A program made the position numbers and the translations under genes. The notes under the pieces are model-generated. The model searched no databases, was not told the DNA's origin, and worked only from the letters and a program-made list of their open reading frames with translations. Positions 1-11,146 of a stretch of DNA of 64,000 bases are shown here, one piece after another. The stretch is from NCBI GenBank assembly GCA_003971905.1, contig RSEE01000168.1, positions 1 through 64,000 of the forward strand, in the 5' to 3' direction. Every line of letters begins with the position of its first letter. The stretch's first letter is position 1. The stretch comes from Moniliella sp. 'wahieum' (Eukaryota).

Positions 1-2219
1 TAAAACGCAAGTGGAAACACTTGCAAATAGTAACGATCGAGCTGGGTGGTCCCTGTCTTGTGTCCTTTCCAAATATGATTGAAGAAAGAAATCAAGGAGC
101 AGTCTCCCATATGCGACCGCCACTAACAGACCACGAATTATAGGCCTTGCGCGTACGATCTTAGAGGTCTTGCCTTAATCCGATGACATCGAGTGAGTAG
201 TGGGCCTTATTAATGATCGATCTTTTCTTTCATTCATACGGTGTAACCCATAATCAAAAAGCTGAAGAACTACCGAAACCGGAACCTGGTGCAAGCGACC
301 CCCTGACCCCGCAGTCGCGACTGAGGCCTGAGGTTCAGAGAACCCGATATAACGTCATGCATTCTTGCCGATTACATATATATCGAGTATCGGGTTTCGT
401 TTGCTCATTCGCCAGAAAAGTGCCACTCGTAATCAATAAGATGGCTAACTGTGTTATATCGAGAGACTACGGTGGGGAGTTTGGAGAGCACGGCTGATGC
501 CCACACCCTACTTTTCTACCAACAAGGCGCAGCCAACTCCATGTATACGGCGTGCAAAATCGCAAGATATAGCCTTTCGTTGGCAAGAGCACAGTGACTA
601 TAGTATGGTATGACAAGTGACTTAGTGAGGCCTGAGACCCATGAGGCCGCCTGGCCTGATTTTGGTGGATACGCCAAAAGTGGGAGTGAGGGGTTGCTGT
701 TGAGCGTGTGGTGATATATGATAGAGATTGCGCATTGGCAGCATTTGGCTACTGAGTCTCAATGGAAATGGTTCCTCGCTTGATGTCAACCACGTTCATC
801 CGTGTCCACACGCGCTACCTAGGGTACGGGACCGCAGATGGTGACCACCACAGAGGGTCCTGATATCTTAGCGATCCCCCTGGTTCCTTACTAACCTTGG
901 TGGCCTTCCAAGTAACCCCCGCAAGATGAACGGTTCGGTTTAGACGCAGCGTTTCCTTAAACCGTACCGTTTCTCCTGTCCCAGCCTTACAAGCCAATGA
1001 TATGGATGCAGTATAGAGTGTGTCCTGGGAGGATATAACGCACAGATGTAGGGGTGGCCAGTGGAAAGAATGATTCTGACAGGTCATGGATACGTGCTCT
1101 GTGACATACGATAGGTGTTCTGCATACCATATGCCCAGCAAGTGGGCCACGCGGGCGTCGGTCGCGTTGCTAGTATAGTCGCTCTCGGTTCAAATTTATG
1201 GTACTGAGAGTACTGAGTGCCGGGTATACTCTGATCCGTGGTTCTACTGGGTCCTACTGGTCGAGATGATCGGATGATCCCTCAGCGTCTACTAAGTACT
1301 AATGCCTGTCTTATAGAGCAGGATAATGATTCTCGATTAACAATGCCAATTATCTATTGGTGACTGTAGCGATATCGAGTCGCTTTAGTCACAAAGGTCA
1401 CTATTGGTCACACGTCAACGCGTCAGCTATGGGAGGATGTGGGTACGACGAGTGCATTGCGACCATATCAAACTGTACGGAGAAGTTAAAAAAAAGAAAA
1501 AAACGAGAGCGCTGGGGTGTTGTAAATGGCCGAAGGGGCGTAACGCGTAACGTTACGAGAAGGGTGTGGGGAGGAGGACTCCCATGGATATCGAAAAGGC
1601 ATAATGTGTGTGACTGAGAGCCACGCTCTCACTTGCGAGTTTTAAGACGCTCGGAGGCTCGCCTGCCTCGCCAGTGACTAGTGACTTCTTCCACTCAAAC
1701 TGAACACATGTATGTGGGCCTCAGGCCTCACATGTCACGCCAGCACACAGAGATCCGGCAATTCTCCAGATGGATCGATACCTTTTGCTAGCTACATGTG
1801 TAGATCGGGTGGGTTGCCACCCTGAAAGACTGTCAGATTACATGTTACACCATTCAATATTCATCCCCAGCTGGAACTTCACCGGTTCCCGGCTTCCCGT
1901 CGGCAACCGATAGTATTGTGACTCTTTTTATCGCACCACGCCGACCCGAACGACTCAGGGAATATGCTCTACCAGTATGCAGTATGCCACTTACGACCAG
2001 AAGCTATTAGTCACCTCTAATCATTTAATCTTCATGGATTTTGGCACATGCGCACATTACCATGTCACAGGTAAGATAGGACCCGGCCAGTGTTGGAGTG
2101 TGGTGGCATGTGACATGTGACACCACTTGATGTGATGGGTTTTGATAGATCGGCCATGTCGCTGGCAACCAGAACTGGCTATAGAGTTATCCGCGTCTCG
2201 CGCGCTCCAGATTGGTTAC

Positions 2220-2299
2220 CGTCGCGCCTCGTTCCCCTCTCCTTCTTCTTCTCCGTCTGGAGCGTCGCGCCTCGTTCCCCTCTTCTCTTCTTCTCCGTT
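2220..2299. repeat. Imperfect direct repeat, 2 x ~37 bp
   Basis: CGTCGCGCCTCGTTCCCCTCT..CTTCTTCTCCGT occurs at ~2220 and ~2263. Confidence 0.8.
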
Positions 2300-3570
2300 T
2301 GCATTCAAAGTTGGACTAGCGTCAGGCCCAGGAGCTTACAAGAAGCTATCTCTGACTGTTTCCGCCCTGCACAGTGCAATCGCCCGTATAGTTTTTGGTA
2401 GCGTAGCTACTTCTCACTGTTAAACGTTGCTATAACGACGGACAACCGCGGTTCTCGGCTCTCTCATCGTGCTCATCATTGATCGCCCGTGTTGTAGTGC
2501 TTCGCTCTGGCCCTCATTCTTTCAGCCAGGGACCTAGTATCCGCTATCCGGTAGCATACAACACGTTCTACACGAAGAACAAACATGTAGCCCGTTTTCT
2601 ATATTGGCTCTCTCTGAGCGCGGAGATGAAGAAGGCCACGTCACGCGTCAGGTGCCACGGGTGACATGTGACATGGCAGTAACACACTCGCCTGTGGCCC
2701 GGGCCCGAGGCCTGAGGCCTGATCACGCGATCACGCGTCACTTGTTTCTAACCCTCCGACGTGCTCGTGTGCCTGATTGTTCCTAAAGGTGTCAGGCTGT
2801 GACATGTGAGATCTGAGATCGGAGTCTACTGTATTTCTCCCATTTGCGCGGCTCTGTCTGCAACCCTCCCCCGTCTATGGCCACGTTATATGTGAAACAG
2901 CATGATGTTGATACGTTGATAACGGTCATCGATCATCGATCATCGATAACGTCAAAAACGTGGTAGTTGCGTATACAAAGTGTCTGTCAGATGTGCTGGA
3001 GCCGTTCAAAACGTTCGGTCCGCGGCGCCAGTTTGCATCTCCACAGCCTGTCTCCTTGCCATGCAGGCCTCACGCGCCACGAGAGGCGTGGTCCAACACA
3101 TGCACCATCGATCATTAATCACTAATCATTGCGACATCTTCCTTCCCCTTTAGTCGTGTGGCCAACCTCTGACAACGGGGTATGCCCTGGCATGCCGGGC
3201 ATGGTAGGCACAGAGACAAACTGGAAAACAAACTGGAGCGCAGCTCGGCGAGCGCATCGTCATGAAGTTTAGTTGGTTGATTGGGAGTCTGGGCCCATAT
3301 CGGGCAGTGTGCTCTGTGTCCAGAAGCCGTCGGACTATGGACGACCCACAGGTGAAGAGCCAGTCAGAAAGCTAGATAGGCTTGATTGATTGATTGATTG
3401 ATTGCTTGTATACCAACGGATTAACAGTGGATGCGCGTGGGGTCCCTTTTGCAAAGCAGCAATTGACGACATGCCGGAGTAGCGCATCGTTATATAACTT
3501 CAACCGTGCCTCCCCTGGCACGGAGTTGCCCAACAACAACCGCCTCTTCCCTCTACTCACGCCCTTCATC

Positions 3571-6254
3571 ATGGCCTCGCCCTATGAGAAGGACGATGCT
3601 AAGGACGTCATTGACGGCCCCCGGTGCCTGCCCTCGGCTCGCAACAGCCTCAATACGTACTTGACCATGAGGCTGCTTTCGGTAACATTGAGGACGCCAT
3701 TCGCCAAGAGATTACCGACCATCGGATTAATGACCCCAACCTCGACCCACGCTCTTGCGCGAGGCGGACCAGGCTTTGTCCAAGGGCGATCAAAAGGCCG
3801 AGCTTCGCCTGGAGGATGTGATTGAGGACGACTCGATTTATCCTGAGGTCCGTGCCGCCGTTAGTAATCTCGACGACCCCACCATGAGGGCCAACACTTT
3901 CCGCGCGTGGTTCATGGGCATGATTGCCTGTACCGTTCTCAGTGGTATCAACATGTACTTCGCCCCCCAGGTATGTCCTTTTTCGCCTAACGATGACAAA
4001 CGGTAATTAACCTCCGTTGTAATGGTCAGTGGCCCACAGTTACCTTCCCTTCAATTGCCGTCCAGCTTTTCGCATACCCGATTGGTGTCGCTATGTCTAA
4101 GATCCCTTACCCTCGAAACTGGCCCCTTGCCGACTGGATGAACCCGGGGCCGTTCAATATCAAGGAGCATTCGATGATCTCCATCATGTCCACTGTCGGT
4201 GTCGGGTCTGCCTACTCGACGGACATTTTATCACGCAGCACGCGTACTATCGCCAGCATCTTACGCAGGCTACATGATCCTCCTCACGCTTTCGACTCAG
4301 CTGATTGGTTCTCTTTTGCCGGTTTCTGTCGCCAGATTCTGGTCTGGCCCGCCTCAATGATCTGGCCTAGTAACCTGACCCAGACCGCTTTTTGTTTTCC
4401 ATGCACGATGGCAAGAGCCAGGCCCGGTGTTTCCGTGGCTGGTCGCGTTTCAAGATGTTCTCGGTGGTGGGATGCATCGTATTGTGTGGGAAGTTATCCC
4501 CAACTACCTCTTCACTGGCTTGGCTACCTTCTCTTGGCCAGCATGGTGTGCACCCAAGAACAAGGGTGTCAACCTCATGTTTGGCGGCACTGGCGGCATT
4601 GGCTTCAACTTCATTTCATTGGATTGGCTCACCATCACCTCCGGGTTGGGCTCGCCCATTTACCAACCTTGGTTCGCCATTGTCAACACTTTCACTGGCT
4701 ACCTGATCATCATTTGTGTAGCTCCAATCATGTGGGCCACCAACACCAAGTACACGGGCTACTTCACCTTCAGCAGCTCTGCCTTGTACGACCGCTTTGG
4801 CCAGTCCTACCAGGTCGGCTACGTGGTCAATGATCGTTTTGAGTTGGACAAGGACAAGTACGACTCTTACTCGAAAGAGTATCTGTCGGCAACCTTTATC
4901 ATCAGCTACTGTGTTGGTTTCGGAGCCATCACCAGGTACGTGCTGTTCTCTCTCGGTGAGGTGCTCGGAAAATGTATCACTAACCCCTTCCTTCTTCATG
5001 TGGCTCACATCAGCACACTTGCACACTGCGCTTTGTACTACTCGAAGGACATCATCCGGCAAGTCAAGCGTTCGCTCAATGAGGAACCCGACATTCATGC
5101 CCGTCTCATGTCGCGCTACCCTGAGGTTCCACACTACTGGTATGGCCTCACTTTCCTCCTCTCGTTGCCTTAGCTGTTCCTTCGGTTTACGTGTATCACA
5201 CCGACCTCCCCATCTGGCTACTGATCGTTGCCATCTTGATGAGTGCCGTCTACACCATCCCCATTGGAATCATTACTGCTGTGACGTCCAACGAAGTGGG
5301 TCTCAACGTGATCGCCGAAATGATTGTGGGTTATGCTTTGCCAGGCAAACCCGTGGCCATGATGATCTTCAAGACCTTTGGGTACATCTCCATGTCCCAG
5401 GCTGTCTCGTTTGTCAGTGATCTCAAGTTGGGTCATTACATATGAAAGTGCCTCCCCGTGACATGTTCTGGGCTCAGATGGTGTCCACCTTCTGGGCATG
5501 TTTTGTGCAAGTCGCCGTCACTGCCTTCCTCTTTGGCTCGACCCACAACCTGTGCGGATCAACCCCCACGAGAAAGTCAGTCCTGCGCACTTTACCTGCG
5601 CTTCTCAGCACACGTTCTACTCTGGTACGTTTCTCTCCTTTCCAACTGGCAACAATGAAAGTATGTCCACTGACCCTGACAAATCGTTCTTGTTCACAGC
5701 GAGTATCATTTGGGGTCTCATTGGCCCGGCCCGCACGTTCGCAGTGGGTCAGACGTACGGTGCGTTGAACATCATGTTCTTGATTGGTGCTCTATCCCAA
5801 TCCCGACGTGGCTGCTGGCTAAGAAGTACCCCAAATCGTGGGTGCGCTTGATCAATTGGCCCGTCTTCTTCTCCGCGACGGGTATGATGCCGCCCGCGTC
5901 GGGGATCAACTTCACGTCGTGGTTTGTTGTCGGCTGGTTCTTCCAGTACTACCTCCGTCGTCACTATTTGAATTCTGGTCGGACTACAACTACATTATCT
6001 CTTCCGGTCTCGATGCCGGCAGCGCCATCATCTCCTTCCTCATCTCGCTCTGCCTCGAGGTGCCCAACACTAAAAAGCTTACCGTGGACAATGTGTTCAA
6101 CGGGACACTTGTGGTGGGGTAATAAAGTTGAGGCCAATAACTGCAGGGCTCGCTTTCCTTGACCATGAAGGAGGTTCCTGCCAAGGGCTTTGCACCCGCG
6201 CCTAACGGCCAGTGGCTGCCCAACCCCTTCGCGGCATCCTCTTCCTCGAGCTGA
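3571..6254 (+). CDS. OPT-family oligopeptide transporter (introns, several frameshifts)
   Basis: OPT signatures across ORF fragments: DSIYPEVRAAV, TFRAWFMG, NPGPFNIKEH, LYDRFGQSY, DIHARLMSRYPEVP, SDLKLGHY(M)KVPPR, NYIISSGLDAG. ATG at 3571 follows TATATAA at ~3491; GTATGT/GTACGT introns at ~3971, ~4936 and ~5625. Confidence 0.93.
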
Positions 6255-6441
6255 TCACACTTTTGCGCTCAGCGTCCCCCGTACGATCCCTTCTTGCACC
6301 GCTACAGCCAGGATCCTTCTATCCTTTTATACACATGAATTTGCTTCCCCTTGTTAATGTTCGACACTCATAGTCAGATCCCAGCTGGCAGAGGCAAGTT
6401 TCAACCATGGATCACCTCAAAACTTATTGCATAGGATGCTA

Positions 6442-7747
6442 CTAGGATAGGGCCTGCGCGTGAGCCCTCCACCGGGCCAAGTCTTCGTCTGAATCGGTCG
6501 AGACCCGGGAACTTCCTTCGCGCCATACACCCACATGCCCATCCGAGCAAGCCGAAATGATCGTCGCCCCTTCCAACGGATCAGGGCCAGGGGAGGAAAG
6601 GGCAGTGACGGACCAGACGGTGGTGGCCATGTGGGGAGCAAAGCCAACTGTTCCCCCGTATCGGATGCCCAGACGCGCACCGTGCCGTCCTCGCTGGCGC
6701 TCACAATACGTGGCGGTTGGGCCTCTTTTCCCGGAATCAGGCACAGGTCGTACACCGAACTATCGTGCCCGACTAAAATCCGCACCAGCGCTGGCGCACC
6801 TGGTACCTGCTTCTTCCCCACCTCGGGAACAGGATCTTCCTGTCCTGCTAGCACAGTGGGCGCTCGAGCGAAATCAGCTTCTCCCTTGTCCAAGTCCCAG
6901 ATGATAATACGGCCATCGTTGCCCGATGATGCAAACCACAGCCCCGTCTCCTCATTGGAATCGGAGTGGGGATCGGGAGTGGGGGGCCGAGGCCAGACAG
7001 CCAATGTGCGCACCACATCATCATGGGCTTGGAATTGCTTAGTGATCGTAGTACCAACAAACAAGCGTACCCGCAGATCCGCACAGGCAGTCAACGTTCG
7101 CTCTGCATCGATCAGTTTGACACTCCATACAACGCTTCCGTGCCCCCTGAGAATACGGAGCGCGGTCCATTCGCCTCCCTCGGCTTCCGTGCCCGACCTC
7201 AGCACGGACCAAGTGTACACCCGCACCGACTGGTCCCACGATGCGCTGGCCAGGCGCGCTTCGCCGCCTCCACACCAGGTATCAAGACTGGTCACGTTGT
7301 CCCAGTGGTCCACCAGTTCTGAGTAGGATGGTCCACCGGCTTACCCCCGGCCAGCAGATGGGTGGCATCCAGGCTATCCAATGCATAGGCGCGCACCACA
7401 CCGTCCAGACTGCCCATAACCACATGCGCGGGCATGCCCAGCTTGGGTGCAGCAGCAGGGACAAGTACAACACTGTTAACGTAGCGAGTGGCACCGGAAA
7501 ACGTCGCTTGCTGTGTCCAGGGATCTCGCGGGTGGGGTGGGGACGGAAAAGAGACGGCTGGTCAAGTCCCGGCTGGCGGTGGCCAGCAGCGCTGGGGCGC
7601 CAGGCACACAGAGACTGCGGACACACTTAACCTTTGTGGAGGTCGGCGGGGGGGGAGGCGTCAGGGAAGCACCGGGACGGAGGAGGGCAAGGGCGCACTC
7701 ACATCGCTGGTATGGGCCGCCAGCAGCTGCACCAGCTCAAACGGCAT
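6442..7747 (-). CDS. WD40-repeat protein resembling the N-terminal propeller of Doa1/Ufd3/PLAA
   Basis: Starts MPFELVQLLAAHTSD, then a GTGAGT intron (~7702-7632), then VKCV. WD repeats ASASWDQSVRVY, GHGSVVWSV, AHDDVVRTL, SSGNDGRIIIWD, SASEDGTVRVW, SACSDGHVGVW. Frameshifted; 3' end 6442 or 6417. Confidence 0.8.
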
Positions 7748-8580
7748 CCTCGGCTTTGTTGCCACGCAGGGAAGGCGAAGCACCAGTAGACAGGTGGGGT
7801 GCGGTGGATGGGCACAGGGAAGAGGGGGACGGCTACGAGGCGAGAGTGGTGGTGGTGGGGAGAGAAGTGACTCTGATCATTCAGCTCTTGGGGGTGGAGC
7901 CAACAGCCAGTATCTAGCTTGAGCCACCAGGGCCCAGTTCCGCCCGCGGCGCCGTCTTGCGAGGGGAGGCGCGATGTGATATCGCATGTCACATGTCACG
8001 TGGCCCAGGCTGGGGAGCAGTTGACGTCACATGGATGCTGAAGACGAAATACGGAGCGTAATATGTAATGGATTGAGCCATCTGCATCACGGCCTTCTCG
8101 GAGGCTACCAGGAGCAGACCAGCTGGCAGCCCTCCATCGTGCATCGACCATACATGAGGAAAATCAACAACGCGATGGGCATCAATCTCGTTGATCATCA
8201 CATTTTGGATCGTGTGAGGGACGTTGTGCGTGTGCTTGCATACTTTTGAGGACAGTTATAATATGCACAAAAGAGAGGGAAGAGAGATGTTCCCGCGACA
8301 CGCTCATGCACAGATGAGAGGAGGCACCTCACAGGGTATGATTGTGGCGAGAAACAAAACGAATTGTTTCGAAGAAGAGAGACAGAAACGGTGAAGAATG
8401 GACGAGGGATGGGGGTGAAAGGATGGGAAGAAGAAAGGCGAAGAAGGAGAGAAAGGGACATTCCAAAATATACAGAGATCGAGGAAGGGGCACACACATG
8501 TAAATAGGAGGGAATGTTGTTCTTCTCTCATCCCACATTCGTCATATCCACAAAATATGAGCAGCCACAAATGACCCATT

Positions 8581-11146
8581 TCAAGCCTTTTCGTCTTGCT
8601 CTTGGGCGGTGCCCGGGCCGGGGTGACGGGTGGTGAGCGAGTCGCCTAGGGTGAGCAGCGGGGCGAGCTTGGCAGAACGATTAAAGCAAATGTAACGCTT
8701 GAACCAGTAGGGCAAGGTCTGGGTCAACTGATACTTGATGTATACCTTTTGTGGCACGGCAAACACTTGATCAATTTCTTCTAGCGTGAGTTGCTTGGTC
8801 TCCCGTACAAAGAGGAAGATGAAGATGAGAGAGAGCACGTTGGTGCCGGCGAAAAAACCAAAGCACCTGTTGGTGTGAATACGGCCAACTGCGCTGGGAA
8901 GCAGATGGACAGCACCGCCGAAAGACCGAAGCAAACCGCGACTGACCATGCCATGCCCATCGAGCGCTGGGCCAGAGGAAAGACCTCAGCAGAATAAGTA
9001 AAGGGCACCGGTCCTTCGCCGGGCGAATAGGCACAAGTAAAGAGGTAAATGAACAGCGCAATGAACCCAATGCGGACGTGCTTGTTGGATTCCGTGTCGG
9101 GGATCAAGAAGCAGAGACCGGCCGCCAAAAGGAAGAGGCCCATAAAGGGGAACGTCCACAACAGCAACGGCCGCCGTCCAAACCGATCAATCGTCCAGAT
9201 AGCCGGGAAGCAAAAGACAAAGTTCAAAGCACCAAAGCCGATGGAAGCATTGAGAGCGGTATCGACACTGCCAGTGGCCTGTTGGAAAACCTGAGGGTCA
9301 AAGGCGAAAAAAAAAAAAAAAAAAAACATATCATGTCAGTTCCATACCAACAAGCATGGTCTTCCCACTGCATGCGCCTTGCACCGCACCCCATCCTGGG
9401 CTGCCGAAGCAAATCCCGACTGGTGTGCACACCACAGGACCAGCAATGAGAAGGAGGCCTAGTTTAGAAAAGAACGAACCGTGCTCGAGTAAAAAGCAAT
9501 GATGTTAATCCCACACGCTTGTTGTGCTGCCATCACAACGCTAGAGAAGAAGAGAAAGTCAGCACCACAATGGCCCATAAAAAGATAATGGGGAGGCAGA
9601 ATGATGAAACATGTTGGGTAGAGAAGCATATACACACCTAGCCGCCACCGTTGCGCGCCGAACTCGAGGAATGGTGAACAGTTGCGTGAACTTCTGGAAG
9701 GCAGTTACTCCCTTGTTCATCTTTTTCTCTTCTTCGAGAAGAATGTGAATGTAGTACAAGTCTCGCGCAGCCTGGAGTCGATGCTTCCGTAGTCTCAGCA
9801 AGCTCTTAAACGCTTCTTCGTACCGACCCTTTCCGATGAGCCAACGTGCGCTCCGGGCAGTAAAAGACAAGAAGCGTCAATGGGACAGCAGGGATAAAGG
9901 CAGAACCAAGCTGCAAGCGCCAAGCCATGTCCTTCCCAGTGTTTTTGACAATCACGTTGGCCACAGTTCCAATCTGGATACCAAAGAAGGTGAGCATATG
10001 TCATCGTGCCCCTGCTCTCCCGTCCTTTTTGACGAGACTCATTCCACAGTCCTTCTTGAGGCATTGGGTCGAATGCCCAGAAGTATGTGCATAGCCCGAT
10101 TAACTGGTGTGAAGAACCAGAGGATGAGAGGGGAGACGTACGAAGATACCAAATGCGGTTAGAAGTTGCCAGTTGAGCACCAGTGCGCCTCGGATTGCAG
10201 CTGGTACCTGTTCAGCGGCAAATACCGGGGTAGTTGAGCCCTTGATGCCCATGCCAACTCCCAGGAGAAGGCGGACAATGAGCAGCTCCACCACTTTTGG
10301 GTCAGGCCAGAGCAGATGGGGGGTAATGATGAGAATGAGCCCACAGAGAAAGATTGCACCACGCCGACCCCACATGCCATTGATCCAATCGGTAATCCAA
10401 CATCCGATCAGTGCCGAACCGAGGTACGGCCCAGAGTTGACGATGCCCAAAAGCCAAGTGTTTCGGTACCAGTGTGGCGAGTACCCTGGTTTGGTCGGAT
10501 CCGACTCGTTGGGAATTCCAATAATGGAGGTCATGGTCGTGTTGGCAGCGTTGGAACCTAACATGATCAAAAGAAAGGATGAAAAACAAAGAGGATGAGC
10601 AAGTGCACAGATACATAACAAAATCCAACACGAGATCCTCAGAAAGAGAAGGGGAGGAAGTCATCACGTACCTGTCTGATCCCAACCCTGTGTCGCGGCA
10701 CCAAGAGAACAGACCAAGATGGTAATGTAAAGCGTCCACGTCTGGGACCATTGGTGGGCCTGCTCGTATTCGAGCGCGTCACGCTCATCGGGCAAAAGTT
10801 CGGGGATGTTGCTCCAGGCATGGGGAGACTGGGCCACTAAGGCGCCCCGTTGAAAAAGCTCTGTATGCTGCGCCAAGCCTTTGCTCTGGGCAAAGTTGGT
10901 TACGTCCGCAAGTAGCTTTGTGCGTGGCACCCCCTCGAGCGGGTTACTGATCTTGCCAGACAAGTTGCGACTGAGATCGAGCGAGGGGATGGCAACGTCG
11001 CTGCCAGCGCCATGCACTTTCTCCTCATCCACGCCGCGTTCATGGGAGGGAAATGCGTCGAGGGTGTCGAGCACGAGCGGGCCAGCAGGCCCCTCCTCGT
11101 TAGCAAGTGCCTTCTTCTCCTTGCTCCAATCGTCGACGTTGGCCAT
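8581..11146 (-). CDS. MFS sugar-porter family transporter (myo-inositol/polyol type), multi-intron
   Basis: [89 protein letters not shown]. Confidence 0.92.

Noticed and set aside
1..3400. Short ORFs or a possible transposon relic upstream of the OPT gene
   Set aside because: No transposase, RT or integrase motifs, terminal repeats or coherent coding frame were recognisable.
9307..9326. Poly(A)20 as a retroelement tail
   Set aside because: It is the poly(T) pyrimidine tract of an intron in the minus-strand MFS gene.
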